From: Octopus sinensis | Lineage: Eukaryota | NCBI RefSeq assembly: GCF_006345805.1 | Contig: NC_043008.1 | Location: forward strand, 18,166,001-18,230,000 | DNA length: 64,000 bases | Reading direction: 5' to 3' | Shown: positions 26,836 through 39,455 of the stretch, one piece after another | Layout of the letters: every line of letters starts with the position of its first letter | Position numbering within the stretch: the first letter of the stretch is position 1 | Position numbers and translations under genes: made by a program | The notes under the pieces: generated by a model | Databases searched by the model: none | Told to the model about the DNA's origin: nothing | The model's input: the letters and a program-made list of their open reading frames with translations, nothing else

Positions 26836-28007
26836 GTGTGGGTGTGTGTGTGCGGATGTATGTATGATGTTGTATGTATATATATGTATATATATGTGGC
26901 ATATATATATACATATATATGTACAAATATAATGTATATACACACACACACATATATATATATATATAGATATATATATAGAGTTTTACATGTACATATA
27001 TATAAATCTATATGATATACATGTACATATATATATATATATATATGTATATAAATATATATGTATATATATATATATATGTACATATATATATGTATAA
27101 AATATATATGTATTATATATATATTATAACATGTACACATCTATATATATAAATATGTATATAAATATATATGTATATATATACATGTATATATAGATAT
27201 ATATATGTATATATATTGAGAAGAGCGGTAACTTCAGAAAGATGTTGACATGCTTTTAAGGATTCCTTTCTCAAGATAGCATAATAACCCAAAGTATATA
27301 TTTTTAGAACTTCAAAAAGATGAGCAATTTTAAGCGCTAAATATACGTTTCTTTTGCGCATATATCACGTATGTGTGTCTAATTGTCTGTACGTGTCTGT
27401 ATGTGTGTATATATGTATGTATGTGTGTGTTTCTGTAAGTACGTGCGTGTCCAATGTGTGATTTTGAGAATGTTAATGTATGCCTATATGCGTGAAGAAA
27501 GATGCGGATGATTTCATCTCTATGTTTATCAACAAAATGATAGAATTCAGACGCATTTGCATGACCACTCGCATACTGTGCACGCACGTACAATCACGGC
27601 ACACGCGTGTGTGATAACGTCTACATATATATATTATATTATATATATATATATATAGTTAGATATAGTTAGATAGATAGATAGAAAGATAAATAATATA
27701 TATTATATATATATATATATATATAGTTAGATAATAGATAAATATATATATTGATAGACAGACAGACAGACAGATAGATAGATAGATAAATAGATATATT
27801 GATAGACAGACATATAGATATTTTATATATATATATATAGATATAGATAGATAGATAGATAGATAGATAGAGAGATAGACTGAGGTTAGCCAGCATTAAT
27901 AACCGGTAACAATGACTACGATGCGCACTTGTATTCTATATCTCTACCATCAAAAGTTTTGAAATTTGCCTTTAATAACACTCGTGTGTTTGTCTGAGTG
28001 TGTGTGT

Positions 28008-28070
<63 letters not shown>
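26720..28070. repeat. Compound microsatellite region: (TA)n, (GATA)n, (TG)n with spacers
   Basis: Direct reading. Confidence 0.8.
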
Positions 28071-28071
<1 letters not shown>

Positions 28072-28186
28072 TTATAAGTTCAGATTAGTTGAAATATTGA
28101 ACTGTTGAAACGCAAATTCCCTGCAGTTACCGCGTCGAAAATTTTCTCTTACGCTAAAAAGTGTAAAAATAGCGTACAGGTTTAGA

Positions 28187-28302
28187 AGACCGATAAAACA
28201 AGTACTAGGCTTGCAAAGAATAAGTCCTGTGGTCGATTTGCTCGACTAAAGGCGGTGCTCCAGCATGGCCACAGTCACATGACTGAAAAGTGTAAAAGAG
28301 TA
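28187..28302 (+). mobile_element. SINE family B, 5'-truncated
   Basis: agaccgataaaacaagtactaggcttgcaaagaataagtcc...ggcggtgctccagcatggccacagtc...gtaaaagagta. Confidence 0.85.
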
Positions 28303-28460
28303 TTTGTCCAGTATCGCCATCAGGATTTCCAAACATTGATGTTTCAAGCTCTTTAGCTGTTGTAAATGGGAAATACCTAAGAGGAGCAACTCTGGAGATA
28401 CCTTACTGAAACCGTAGCTTTAACTAAAATATTCTACCACCTTGACTGATCTGCGCCATA

Positions 28461-28973
28461 TCTATATATATAAAACTGTAGTTGTGTGAGTGTCTGTCCC
28501 CTTCGATTTAGATTCCTAACTACTCCCACATTTTGCGGTGCAGTTTAACCAAATTCGGGTATCTTATAGTCGTGATTCATATCGAGCCTGTCTGGGTATT
28601 AGCGCGCGTCTACAATGAGTCTACGATTTTAAAAATAATTTAACATAACTTTTTATTCCATTTTAATGCATAATTTTTCGTGTGTCGATGGCGGCGGAAT
28701 TGGCGTCCACGCTCACATCTGCACCTGTTTGCTTCTCCCCCTTCTTCCCTCCCTCGTGAAGCTGTGGGGAAGGGTGTGTTCGGAAATCAACGTCGTAAAG
28801 CGTTGTCAAGGAGACCAGCTTTCTTTTAGAACAACAACTTCATGGCTTGAAGACACCAAAACAGAAATGGCTAAGAAAGCCCGAATTGGCATCTATAAGG
28901 GAAGTAACTCTCTAAAAATGCTTATATAGTTATTTCCCTTACAAACCCGAGCAACGCCCGGCGATACTGCTAG
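28461..28973 (+). mobile_element. Non-autonomous Helitron with complete termini
   Basis: Inserted between A and T without a TSD. 5' TCTATATATATAAAA; 3' subterminal hairpin cccgagcaacgcccgg and terminal CTAG. Confidence 0.88.
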
Positions 28974-31640
28974 TCTAAAATACAGTCAAAACATTGACTG
29001 GTCTGCGCCAGTAGACCGCTTGGTTGTGGAAATTACCGAAATATTATCGAGATGCAGCGTTTAGGCATAAGCAAAATTTAGGTTAGTTAAAATGCGTTTG
29101 TGCCATATTTCAAGTACTAAAAGGTAAACTCAACGCAGTTACTGCTGAGAATTTTTTCTCTTATGGTAAAAAGGTATAAAAACACCATTTGTGTCTAGTG
29201 TCGCTAGCTATCAGGATTGTCAGACATCGATGTTTCTTTCTACTTAACTGTTCTCAGTAGGAAATGCCTAAGTGACTAACACTATACAATTGCGAATGAA
29301 TGTAGTTATGTATGTGTGTTTAGACCCCCAAACATCAGAAAATGAATTTGATTCGGGAAAAACGGATTTGATTTTCAAATTTTGTGTCCCACGTACTAAG
29401 TTGTTCATAGATAATAATAATAATTAAAATATGATTTTTTCGAAAAAAACTCAACTTTTAGATCGACAACTCTCACACTCTCTATCATCATCAATATTTG
29501 TTTCTAGACATATTTGCCGTACTCTTTGATACTCTCTCTCTCTCTCACTGTCTCTTTCTCTCTTCGCTCTTTCTTTCTCTCTCTCCCTCGTTCACTTGTA
29601 TTCCTATAATATTTCTTTCCACTCAGAGCTAACTGTTCCCATGAATTTGCCGCTGTGGTATTCCTCAACCAATCATCGTCCCTTCTTAACCCTGCAAGAC
29701 CATATGCAAATCACCTGTTTTAAATTTCAGGCTCTTGAAATTCTCTCCCAGATCTTGTCTTCTGCAAATAAAGTTTAACAAACATTCGAACATTAACGTC
29801 ATCAGTTTCACCGGTCTATAATGCTTGGCAAAGCCATCAACATTCACTCTTCCTCCACATTCAGCAAACAAATATATTTATATATTTTTAAAGACCTCAA
29901 AATAAAACACAACATATCTTGCATCTAATCTCAATTATATATTACAACTTGTAATATATTCCACCAACGTTAAGATCAAAAATTTCCAAGTCAACAAGAA
30001 TCCGTAAGCCTTGTGGGTATCGTATTACTTATAGATGTTCAATATAATTTGAATATTTATATGAAACAATGGAAGAAGTGAAGATTATGAATACATCATA
30101 AGGATCATATATAATCAAACTTTCTCTCCGGGTTATATTTAGGTCACTCCAGAGCTTTACATCACACAACTGTAAACAAATGTGATTAGAAAACAACATT
30201 TGTTAAGACAACTATATTATGTAGGAAACACTCCAAATGTCACGAATGGTTATAAAAGTAAGCGAATACTACGACGTCCAGAATAAAATCAGTACGCATA
30301 GCGATTAATAAACATAGTAATACAATACAGCAGTATTGTATTAGTTGGTTTATGATTCGTTGTGTACAATGTCAGGCGATATTAATAAAGAATTGACGCA
30401 AAAGGTTTTTGTTAATTCTTTCCTGCAACAAGGAAAGCAATAACAACAGCTATTAAAATTGTTTCATCTGGGGATATAACGCTGGAAAGATTTTAAACGT
30501 CCTTCGGGCATAAATATAATTGTCTCAAACACAGCATAAGATATTTCACGAAAATTGTAACTTCTTAGGTACAAACACACAAATATTGTGTGACTGTGAG
30601 TGTGAATGTGTGTGGGGGGAGTTGTGTGTTTTGCATATGTGTGATCTTGTAGTGTAGAAAATAATTTCAGTCTTGCAGTGTATACAAATATAAATTCTTC
30701 AATGTTTTGGATAGAAAGTTAATATCTGCATGGCATTATCATCTAAATACAGTAGAAGCAATATTATTATTATTATTATTATTACATATCTCTGTGAGAC
30801 ACTTCACTTTCAGAACCGTAAGTTTCCTGTTATGCATACAATTATTAGAAAGGGAAAAGATGACATAAAGTTACGTAATATTAATTTGTATTTGTCGAGA
30901 AGCGAAATATAATATAGCAGATAGAAAGAGAGGTGATTCCTACATGTTAATTTTGATATTTTAAACACGCCTAGGGGGAGGTTTTCCAATCTACTGCACT
31001 TATCATCTCTTAGAATCGAAGTCGTTCAATTCGCGATATTCCATATGTAAATCACTATATTCTGTATACTGTGTGTGCCTTCGGCGATAGATTGGAATTG
31101 AGTATTACAACAATTATTTTTGTTCACCAATATGTATGTATGCAACAGCAAAAACAGTTTCTATCTCTATCCCACAGCAATATTTCTGTTTATGATACTG
31201 TATATTGTTTTAGCAAGAACATTATTCCACATAAAGAGGCAGCAACCAAATGTCATCCTACGGAATCTGCTAATCACATATATTATATCTTCTAGAAATG
31301 CGGAACTTTCGACATTTTCGCTCTTTTCTTCAGGGCTTTAGTGTTCAACTGTCAATTGTGTTCATTACACATTTTGTGAGTATCTTTTGTTTTTGAACAA
31401 AAGAAGAACCTTCACATTTTGATATAATAATCAGTAACCTAGGAGGATGATAGGTTACACTTCATGACGAAGTTGGCTTGAGTTTACATGATACATAACC
31501 ATATATTACTGTTTTAAAATATGTAGAGTGTGTAACATTGAGCTATTCTAATCAACTACTCATGAAATAGAATATGGGTCCTTGAATAGATTCATACTTG
31601 ACTTGATAGATGATCTGTTTGATATTCTTTTTACTTTTAT

Positions 31641-32054
31641 GACGGCAAGCTGGCAGAAACGTTAGCACGCCGAGCGAAATGCGTAGCCGTATTTCGTCTG
31701 CCGTTAAGTTCTGATTTCTTATTCCGCCGAGGTCGACTTTGCCTTTCATCCTTTCGGGGTCGATAAATTAAGTACCAGTTACGCACTGGGGCCGATGTAA
31801 TCGGCTTAATCCGTTTATCTGTCCTTGTTTGTCCTCTCTATGTTTAGTCCCTTGTGGGTAGTAAAGAAATAGCTATTTCGTTTGCTGCTACGTTCTGAGT
31901 TCAAATTCCGCCGATGTCGACTTTGCCTTCCATCCTTTCGGAGTCGATTAAATAAGTTCCAGTTACGCACTGGGGTCGATGTAATCGTCCTAAACACTTT
32001 GTCTGTCCTTGTTTGTCACCTCTGTTTAGCACCCTGTCTACAATAAAAAAGTAA
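31641..32054 (+). mobile_element. Dimeric SINE family A (full copy plus 5'-truncated copy) bounded by one TSD
   Basis: Unit 1 at 31641-31870, unit 2 at 31871-32054. TSD atattctttt(t/g)actttt at 31622-31638 and 32055-32071 (16/17). Confidence 0.85.
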
Positions 32055-32962
32055 ATATTCTTTTGACTTTTGACCGCTTTCACGGTATATTAATTTTCAT
32101 TTGGGATTGTGAAAATCTTGTTGGACTGATTTTAAGCTTCTTCCATTATTTTCTTCTAATTTTGGACACTCTTATTAAAATTATTTCTGTAGAATCTTAA
32201 GTTGATATTTAGATCTTATAAGTTTTCATAATGGAAAGACTTATCTACATGAACCAAACGGTATCCCAAAGTGTTACTGTACATGAAACTTAGATTCGGT
32301 AATGTAATACTTCACAGTTTACGCAATAGAAAAAATTAAAATGCTATAAATTTCTTTGGTTCATCTGACTTTTTCTATATACACTTTGAGTTTGTGTGTG
32401 TGTGTGTATGTGTGTAGGAGAAATAATAAATATGTTCTCTATAGAGCAAGATACACTAGGCTAACAACATTATTTTGTGAAACGTGTAGCAAGCCAGACA
32501 ATCTAAGTTTAATATGTCCACACTGTAAACCCCAGGTTTGGCGACGAAGTAAAATTGCTGTGTTTTTATAGAGAAGTATGGAAAAGGCGAAATGCATATT
32601 TATACCTTTTATTCCAGTTAGATTACACGCGTTTCCGAGAAATTTCCATTGTCATAGTTCTCTAGCGCAATAATCACGTCTATTAAACGATTCCATAATC
32701 GATCATTCGAATAACGGAGAGAACGGACTTCCTCCTTTATCTTCTTCAGCGCTACAACATACTGGCTGCCAAGTAGGATATTTGACCCAAAGCCTAGCGG
32801 TGCTAGCTAGGTCATCTGTTTTAAGCATTTCTTTGGCCAGTGTTAAACAGACTACTATCGGCGTAGTCGATCAAAGTTTTACATATATGACCAGAAACGG
32901 ATTGAAATTCGATATCTCACTATTCTGTTTAGTGTTTTTGTTTCTCTTTCTCTCCCTCTCCT

Positions 32963-33027
32963 TATATATAGATATATATATATATATATATAATATATAT
33001 ATATAATATATATATTATATATATATA

Positions 33028-33076
<49 letters not shown>

Positions 33077-33098
33077 ATATATATTATATATATATATA
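32963..33098. repeat. (TA)n microsatellite
   Basis: Direct reading. Confidence 0.9.
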
Positions 33099-33300
33099 CG
33101 GAGAGTTCACGAAAAAAACAAAAGACGGAGACAGGTGGTGTACAAAACAAACAGATGTATTAGTGTAACGCCAAGGAATAGATAAAATCTTTTTACGTTT
33201 CGAGCCTGCGCTCTTCGACAGAAGGGGACACAGAAAAAAAAAACAAGGAGAGAAACAAGAAGAGAAAAAAAATGTGCGTAGTGGCTACCGATGTATCATA
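33099..33300 (-). mobile_element. Penelope-like pseudo-LTR abutting (TA)n
   Basis: Carries a hammerhead-like motif. The terminal segment gagttcacgaaaaaaacaaaagacg..aggtggtgtacaaaacaa recurs at 55495-55558 between TA tracts. Confidence 0.6.
33189..33226 (-). ncRNA. Hammerhead-like motif with variant core CUGUCGA
   Basis: Minus strand cctt-CTGTCGA-a-gagc-gcag-gctc-GAAAC-GTA-aaaag. Confidence 0.5.
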
Positions 33301-33624
33301 CATCGATATTCTTCGTTTTTCCTTACTCGCTTAAAGGTCGTGTTTATTTTGAAAGGACACATGAGAAGGTAATGATGTGAATGAGCATTATTTATAAGAT
33401 GTGGTGATTCGGTGAGTGCATAGGTACCGTCGTCTTCCTTTGCGCAACCAGTTAGACATTAATTTCTAAGAAAGTACCACACATTTTTATTGATCGGTAT
33501 ATAGTGATCGTCTATAACACACGAACGTCGGACCTATGCCATCTCCAAGAATCCAATAATCCATACTTGTGATCCATTCAAGGTCATTTATATCCTGGTG
33601 CACCAGTGTTTACAATTAAAAGCA

Positions 33625-33930
33625 TAGCTATGTAGTTAAGAAACTTTGTGTGCAACCCCACTGTTTCCGGGTTCAGTTGTATATACGTTCTATCATAAAT
33701 CATATGCACGTATATAAGTGTATTTGTGTTTGCGTTTTGTTTGTTCCCTCACACTGCTTGAGAAATGTTGTTGGTTTATTTACGTTACCGTAACATAGCG
33801 ATTCGATAACAGGGGAGATTCACAATAAGTGGCAAAAGTCTTTTAATATATACATAGAATTCTTCGACTGAAATCTCCTGAAGGCCGTGTCTTAGCATAG
33901 CCGCAGTCCAATGACTGGAAGAAATAAATT
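33625..33930 (+). mobile_element. SINE family B, degraded
   Basis: tttccgggttcagtt...ttggtttatttacgttaccgtaacatagcgattcg...gaaggccgtgtcttagcatagccgcagtccaatgactg. Confidence 0.7.
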
Positions 33931-34424
33931 ATAATACATAAAAAGATGTAACCAGCGTACTAAATTTCGGGTATCGTCATGAAAGAATCGTAAATACCTT
34001 CTTTCGCCTCTATTTTGTTTTTACTACATGATCGATTTCCAGGCAGATGGCTCTAAAGCACATTCGGTTTATATTTTTAAGTCCGGAACAAGTATGTACA
34101 AATACCAACTTGATTTTGTATTAAAGCTGTTTTATTTTTAGATTCCACTATTATTATTCTTTTGATGTATCGATTACAATATATTCCTCTTTATTAGTTG
34201 TTGTTTTCGCTTTTCTTATCGTAGTATTCCGAATTGTTCTGGCTACTGTAGCATCCTGTGCGTTAAGGTTTGTGTCTCGGTCAAATTCTCCCGTAATTGG
34301 CAACGGTATTGCTAATGTTTCCAGCTTTCAGTATATATATAAGTGAAATAATTTTCTATGCGTATATATTAGTATGAATGAATGTATGAACGTGTGAGCA
34401 TATGTGTGCATGCATAAATCTGGG

Positions 34425-34568
34425 AAACTAACGTATTTTATAGACACACACACACGTACACACACATTTGTAAGTATATAAGTATATAAGTATGTATCCA
34501 TATATAAATATATGCACATGTATATATATATATATGCACATGTAACTCTTCACCCTCTCTCTCTGTAC

Positions 34569-34621
<53 letters not shown>

Positions 34622-34669
34622 TGAGAGAGTTGCATGTGTATCTATATATATATATACATACATATATAT

Positions 34670-34726
<57 letters not shown>

Positions 34727-34853
34727 ATATATATATATACATACATATATATGCATATATATACATGTGCATATATTTATATATGGAAACATACTTATAT
34801 ACTTACCAATGTGTGTATCTGTGTGTACGTGTGTGTGTCTATAAAATACGTTA

Positions 34854-34857
<4 letters not shown>
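34425..34857. repeat. Large imperfect palindrome centred on (TA)n at about 34568-34602
   Basis: aaactaacgtattttatagacacacacacgtacacaca.. (from 34425) versus ..tgtgtgtacgtgtgtgtgtctataaaatacgttagttt (to 34857); inner catgtaactct..ctctctct versus agagagag..agagttgcatg. Confidence 0.85.
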
Positions 34858-34893
<36 letters not shown>

Positions 34894-36194
34894 GCACTTT
34901 CAGAGTGTTACAAAAAATAATTATAAAATAATAACAGCAATAGAAATATCGTTGCGAACACTGCTATTACTGTTGAGACATACATATATTTTTGCAATAT
35001 CATTTTATGTTCAGATAAATTATTAAATTACATTGCATTGCAGCCATTAAACAGTGAGTTTAGATTTTAGTTTACCTAATGGTTATATTTTCAAATTCTA
35101 GCTTAATTCGATTAAATGGTTTAAAAACAGCAGCGAACACTAGCATCGAATTCTCTCACACAGGCACACATAGATGTAAGCAGCCAAAGTAGTCGTTAAA
35201 CACGATAATCAGTAAATTACAGTTGTTCTAAACGTATAAACAACTCTACCTAAAGAGATTTGATGGATCAACTAAATTTTTTATAGGAGTGTAACCTTTA
35301 CCAATTCTCAAGTTTTATTACTTAAAATTAGAGCAATCTAACTGAAAACTTTCTTTGTGGAGATTTAATTACTAGTAAGATGAGTCGCTGGTTACGTAAA
35401 GTCAGAGAGGCCAATATAAAAGGAAATGCGTTTTGATTTTGTTTTATTATTTTCTTTAGATTCTCTTTAAGGGCAATAACAGCAGGCTGTCAACGTTTAT
35501 TGCTCTCAACCAACGGAGATGTGTTAGATTAACATACATTTATGACCATAAACGTCATCATTTTCTGCTGTTATTCCCTCACGCAAGCTCTTTTCATAGT
35601 ATCAATTAAATGGAAAACGGTTTGCCAGACTATACAATGCAACGAACAAACTGCGCCCAGACAGAATGTAATTTTTTCTACAGCAGACATTCTGTTTCTC
35701 AACGTTTTCAAAATACACAACTTATATTAAAACTTCCAAATAGGTGTTTGTATGTACGCAATACATAACATGCGTACATACATGCGCGCACCAAACACCA
35801 TCACATACACATAAAGATGTAGTTGTTCGTTGGGGCGTGTGTATATACATATGCAGGTGTGAGTGTATGTTTGTGTGTATTTGTGTTGTATATAATTTAT
35901 ATAATAGTAAATAAGTATATTCTTCTTTAAAAAACGAAGTGTGACGATGATCTTAAACTACTTTTGACATGTTCCTCTCAGAATGCATAGTTTATTCATT
36001 TCAAGGAAATGACGTGCACTTTGGAGGTTAAAAACGCAACAATTTTAATGGCCTACGCTGAAGCAAGGCCGCAAATTTTATTTGGGGAGGAACAGTGTCG
36101 ATTCAATCGAACCCGAAAATTTATTGGTAATTATTGTAACTATGGCAAACATGTGAATGCAATTTTCAAAATCGCAAAATCATTATAATTTCAA

Positions 36195-36249
36195 ATTTGA
36201 TAGTAATAATAGTCATTATTATTATAATTATTATCATCATTATTGTCAC

Positions 36250-36290
<41 letters not shown>

Positions 36291-36462
36291 TATTATTATT
36301 ATTATCATCATTATTGTTACTATTATTATTATTATATTATTATCACTATTATTATTATTATTACTATTATTATATTATCACTATTATTATTATTATTACT
36401 ATTATTATTATTATCACTATTATATTATTATTATTATTATATTATTATTATTATCATTATTT
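36195..36462. repeat. (ATT)n trinucleotide microsatellite with variants
   Basis: Direct reading; gives poly-I/L/Y artefact ORFs. Confidence 0.95.
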
Positions 36463-36841
36463 TGACATTTTCTAAATTTTACTAATTATTTCAATATTTG
36501 CATTCAGATGTCCTCTCCTTGTAAAGTGCCCACTGATTACCCTCGTTCAAGTGAAATGTAATAATCAATGTAGTGTATGAAAGCAGAAAGCCATGAATCG
36601 TAACTTGACACCGCAAAGCACTTTGGACGGATTTTCAACAATTTCAGCCTTGCACGTCTAATTTATATGCAATAAAATTCTAGTCGCAGTTGTTGGAATT
36701 AATCTTGACTAACTAGGTTTAAATTCCCTGCCAGACGTGAAAACGGTGAGCTTTCTGTATCTTAGTAAATGGAAGTTTATTTCTATTATCAAGTAAATTA
36801 TATAAACGTTAAGATATAATATACCATTTTCTCTTAGATTA

Positions 36842-37273
36842 TTCACTCCTGTAAATCATTTTTTCTTAAAAACGTTTTAAATAAACGTAAAGTATACTAG
36901 CCATCTCAATATAGCTAACCACTAAGGGTGATTGTTACTGTAGCTTTTAGCCCCAGGAGATCATCGTCTCCAGCTGGCTTTAGGTCCACTTTCTGTGCCC
37001 TTATGGTATTTGCAAAGGGAGGTCATCCCTCTCTCGTAAACCTAAGTGATACGTACGGACTGCAGTTTCTAGGTATTTTCCTGTCTTTGGCGTACGGCAA
37101 TCACCGGTTTTCGATGAAGGGAGACCAGTTTGCAAATATTTATTTATTGTTTTTCCAGTAACTTCCGTCACTGATTTCGAAAAACTGTCTGCAAGCAATA
37201 ATAAATCTCTGAATGAGATGTAAACAGTAACTGCTCCACAACGTAAAGTATATTAGTCATCTCAATATGGCTA
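36842..37273. mobile_element. Unclassified repeat with 34-bp direct repeats 356 bp apart and a core shared with 3154-3385
   Basis: aacgtaaagtata(c/t)tag(c/t)catctcaatat(a/g)gcta at 36884-36917 and 37240-37273; core at 36927-37028. Confidence 0.65.
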
Positions 37274-38115
37274 GATCTCCGAAAATGTTTGCGCTTCGTT
37301 AGTTATTGTTTTTGTTGTTAAGCAACAAGACGGGCAAGGATGATCAGGTGATGGTCTAGGGCTTAGCGGCGACAGACCCCACACTTTGGAAAAAAAAAAC
37401 TTTAGTCGTCTTGTTGTAGTCGAGGGCTCTGGGTGGTGGCCCTCGAAGTCGCTGGAAATGGAGATCTCCAGGTCCAAATTCTTCAACGGCTGCGCTTCGG
37501 TAATTAGTGTCCGGTATACCAGAATTATAAACTACCTACTGTATCGATTAGGTTGAATGTGAATTCCAAACGTATCAAAGAACGACAGAAAAAATATAAA
37601 GTGTAAATGATACAAAAGCAATGTCACTTAAGCTAATCTCGGTTATATTTAAATGTTGCTCTTCTAGTTTATTATGAAATATTCTCTCTGTCAACTGTGT
37701 ACATGGACGCAAAAATGATGTTTATTCTCAATTTCTTCTCTGAAAATGTTAACAAAATATGGCCATAAGCTGAGCTATGTTTATGGTTGTTGAGGTACTA
37801 GAGGTATTGTGTTATATTCAAATATTCTTTCAAGATGGCAAAACCTAAATCCATCTCATGGACTCGTTACTTGTTCAACCTAATCTTAACCCGTTACATA
37901 GTTTCTTAGAATACACGTTCTGTTTATTTGTAATTTTGAATCTAACCTTTACCATGTGCAGTTTAGTCTTTGCGACAATTGTCAAAGCGAAACAAATTGT
38001 AAATTGTCTCCCTTATTTACTGGTAAAAGGAAATAGTATTAGTCATCAACAAATAGTATTTTTATTTTATATTTCTAAAAGTATATATTATTTAACCCGC
38101 TTAATGTACAGACTG

Positions 38116-38378
38116 GTGGAGGCGCGTGACTTAGTGGTTAGGGTGTCAACATCATGATCGTAAGATTGTGGTTTCGATACCTGGACCGGGCGACGCGCTG
38201 TGTTCTTGAGCAAAACACTTCATTTCACGTTGCTCCAGCCTACTCAGCTTGCAAAAATGAGTAACGCTGCGATGGACTGGCGTCCCGTCCATCTTGGGAA
38301 CACATACGCCACTGAAACCGGGTGCCGGGCCCATGAGCCTGGCTAGGCTTTAAAAGGGCGCATTTATTTTTTATTATT
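38116..38378 (+). mobile_element. tRNA-derived CORE-like SINE, family D
   Basis: gtggaggcgcgtgacttagtggttagggtgtc...gtttcgatacc...tgtgttcttgagcaaaacacttcatttcacgttgctccag; T-rich tail; inverse copy at 42587-42855. Confidence 0.85.
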
Positions 38379-38924
38379 TAATGTAGGGATTAGGATACCA
38401 TAAATCAATCAAAAGTGTACTATTAAAAGTGCGTGAGCTGAGCTAGTAATTTCTCTTTTGGTGTTACTATCCTTAGAATGTGGTTTCAATTTTTGGTTGG
38501 TGCATTGTAGCCTTGAGCAAGCGACTTCATTTCACGTTGCTTCCGGCTACGCATCAATAAAATTAGTACTAGTGTTCACAAGCATCCCCATTCAGTGGAA
38601 AGTCTTGCAACATTAATCATTTAAACGCAACGGATATATGGGTAATCAACGTTGAAATTTTTCCGTAGCTACCAGAAAGGCCTTTACGTTCTTTTCGAGA
38701 TTACATCTATATTCGAAAGTTTTGGGATAGCAAATTATCTTGGGAAAAAACTCGAATACACTTATTTCGGGCCTAGCGCATTTCAGTAATTTAGATGATA
38801 TAGAGTGAAATTTATTGGTATTCTAAGTATGACATTGAAAAGCTTTTCTCGCCATTCTAAACAAGTTGTTGAAACAAAAATGGCTACATTCGGCAATATT
38901 ATTGTTTATAATCAGTTTGTATAG

Positions 38925-39102
38925 GCATACATACTCACATACACACACATACACATACACTCACGAACACAAAGACAAACACACGTATACACACACATAT
39001 ACATGCATACAAATGCATAATTTTTATTTCTAAATCTGGCTAGAACTTCCCAAAAGCAAACACAGACGTGGATATATATATATATATGTGTGTGTGTGTG
39101 TA

Positions 39103-39149
<47 letters not shown>

Positions 39150-39174
39150 TTTTGTATGTATGTATGTATATTTA

Positions 39175-39207
<33 letters not shown>

Positions 39208-39292
39208 GTTTATATATATGTATGTATGTGTACATATGTGTGTATGTATGCATATATACGCACGTATACATACACACACACATATATATATA
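38925..39292. repeat. (CA)n/(TG)n/(TA)n microsatellites
   Basis: Direct reading. Confidence 0.85.
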
Positions 39293-39455
39293 TTCTTTTA
39301 TTCTTTTACACGCTTCAGTCATTTGACTACAGCCATGCTGGACCACCGGCTTAAAGGGTTTTAGTCGAAGAAATCGCCCCTCAGGATTCATCCTTTGTAA
39401 GTCCAGTAATTATCTTATCGGTCTCTTCGCCAAACCGCTAGGTTTCGAGGACATA
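39293..39455 (-). mobile_element. SINE family B 3' part
   Basis: ttcagtcatttgactacagccatgctggaccaccg...ttagtcgaagaaatcg...tatcggtctcttcgccaaaccgcta. Confidence 0.8.

Noticed and set aside
32622-32755. Minus-strand CTGAAGA ... GAAACGCGT hammerhead candidate
   Set aside because: More than 100 nt apart with no convincing stem I or stem II.
36157-36485. Poly-Y/I/L ORFs resembling membrane proteins
   Set aside because: Artefacts of the (ATT)n microsatellite.
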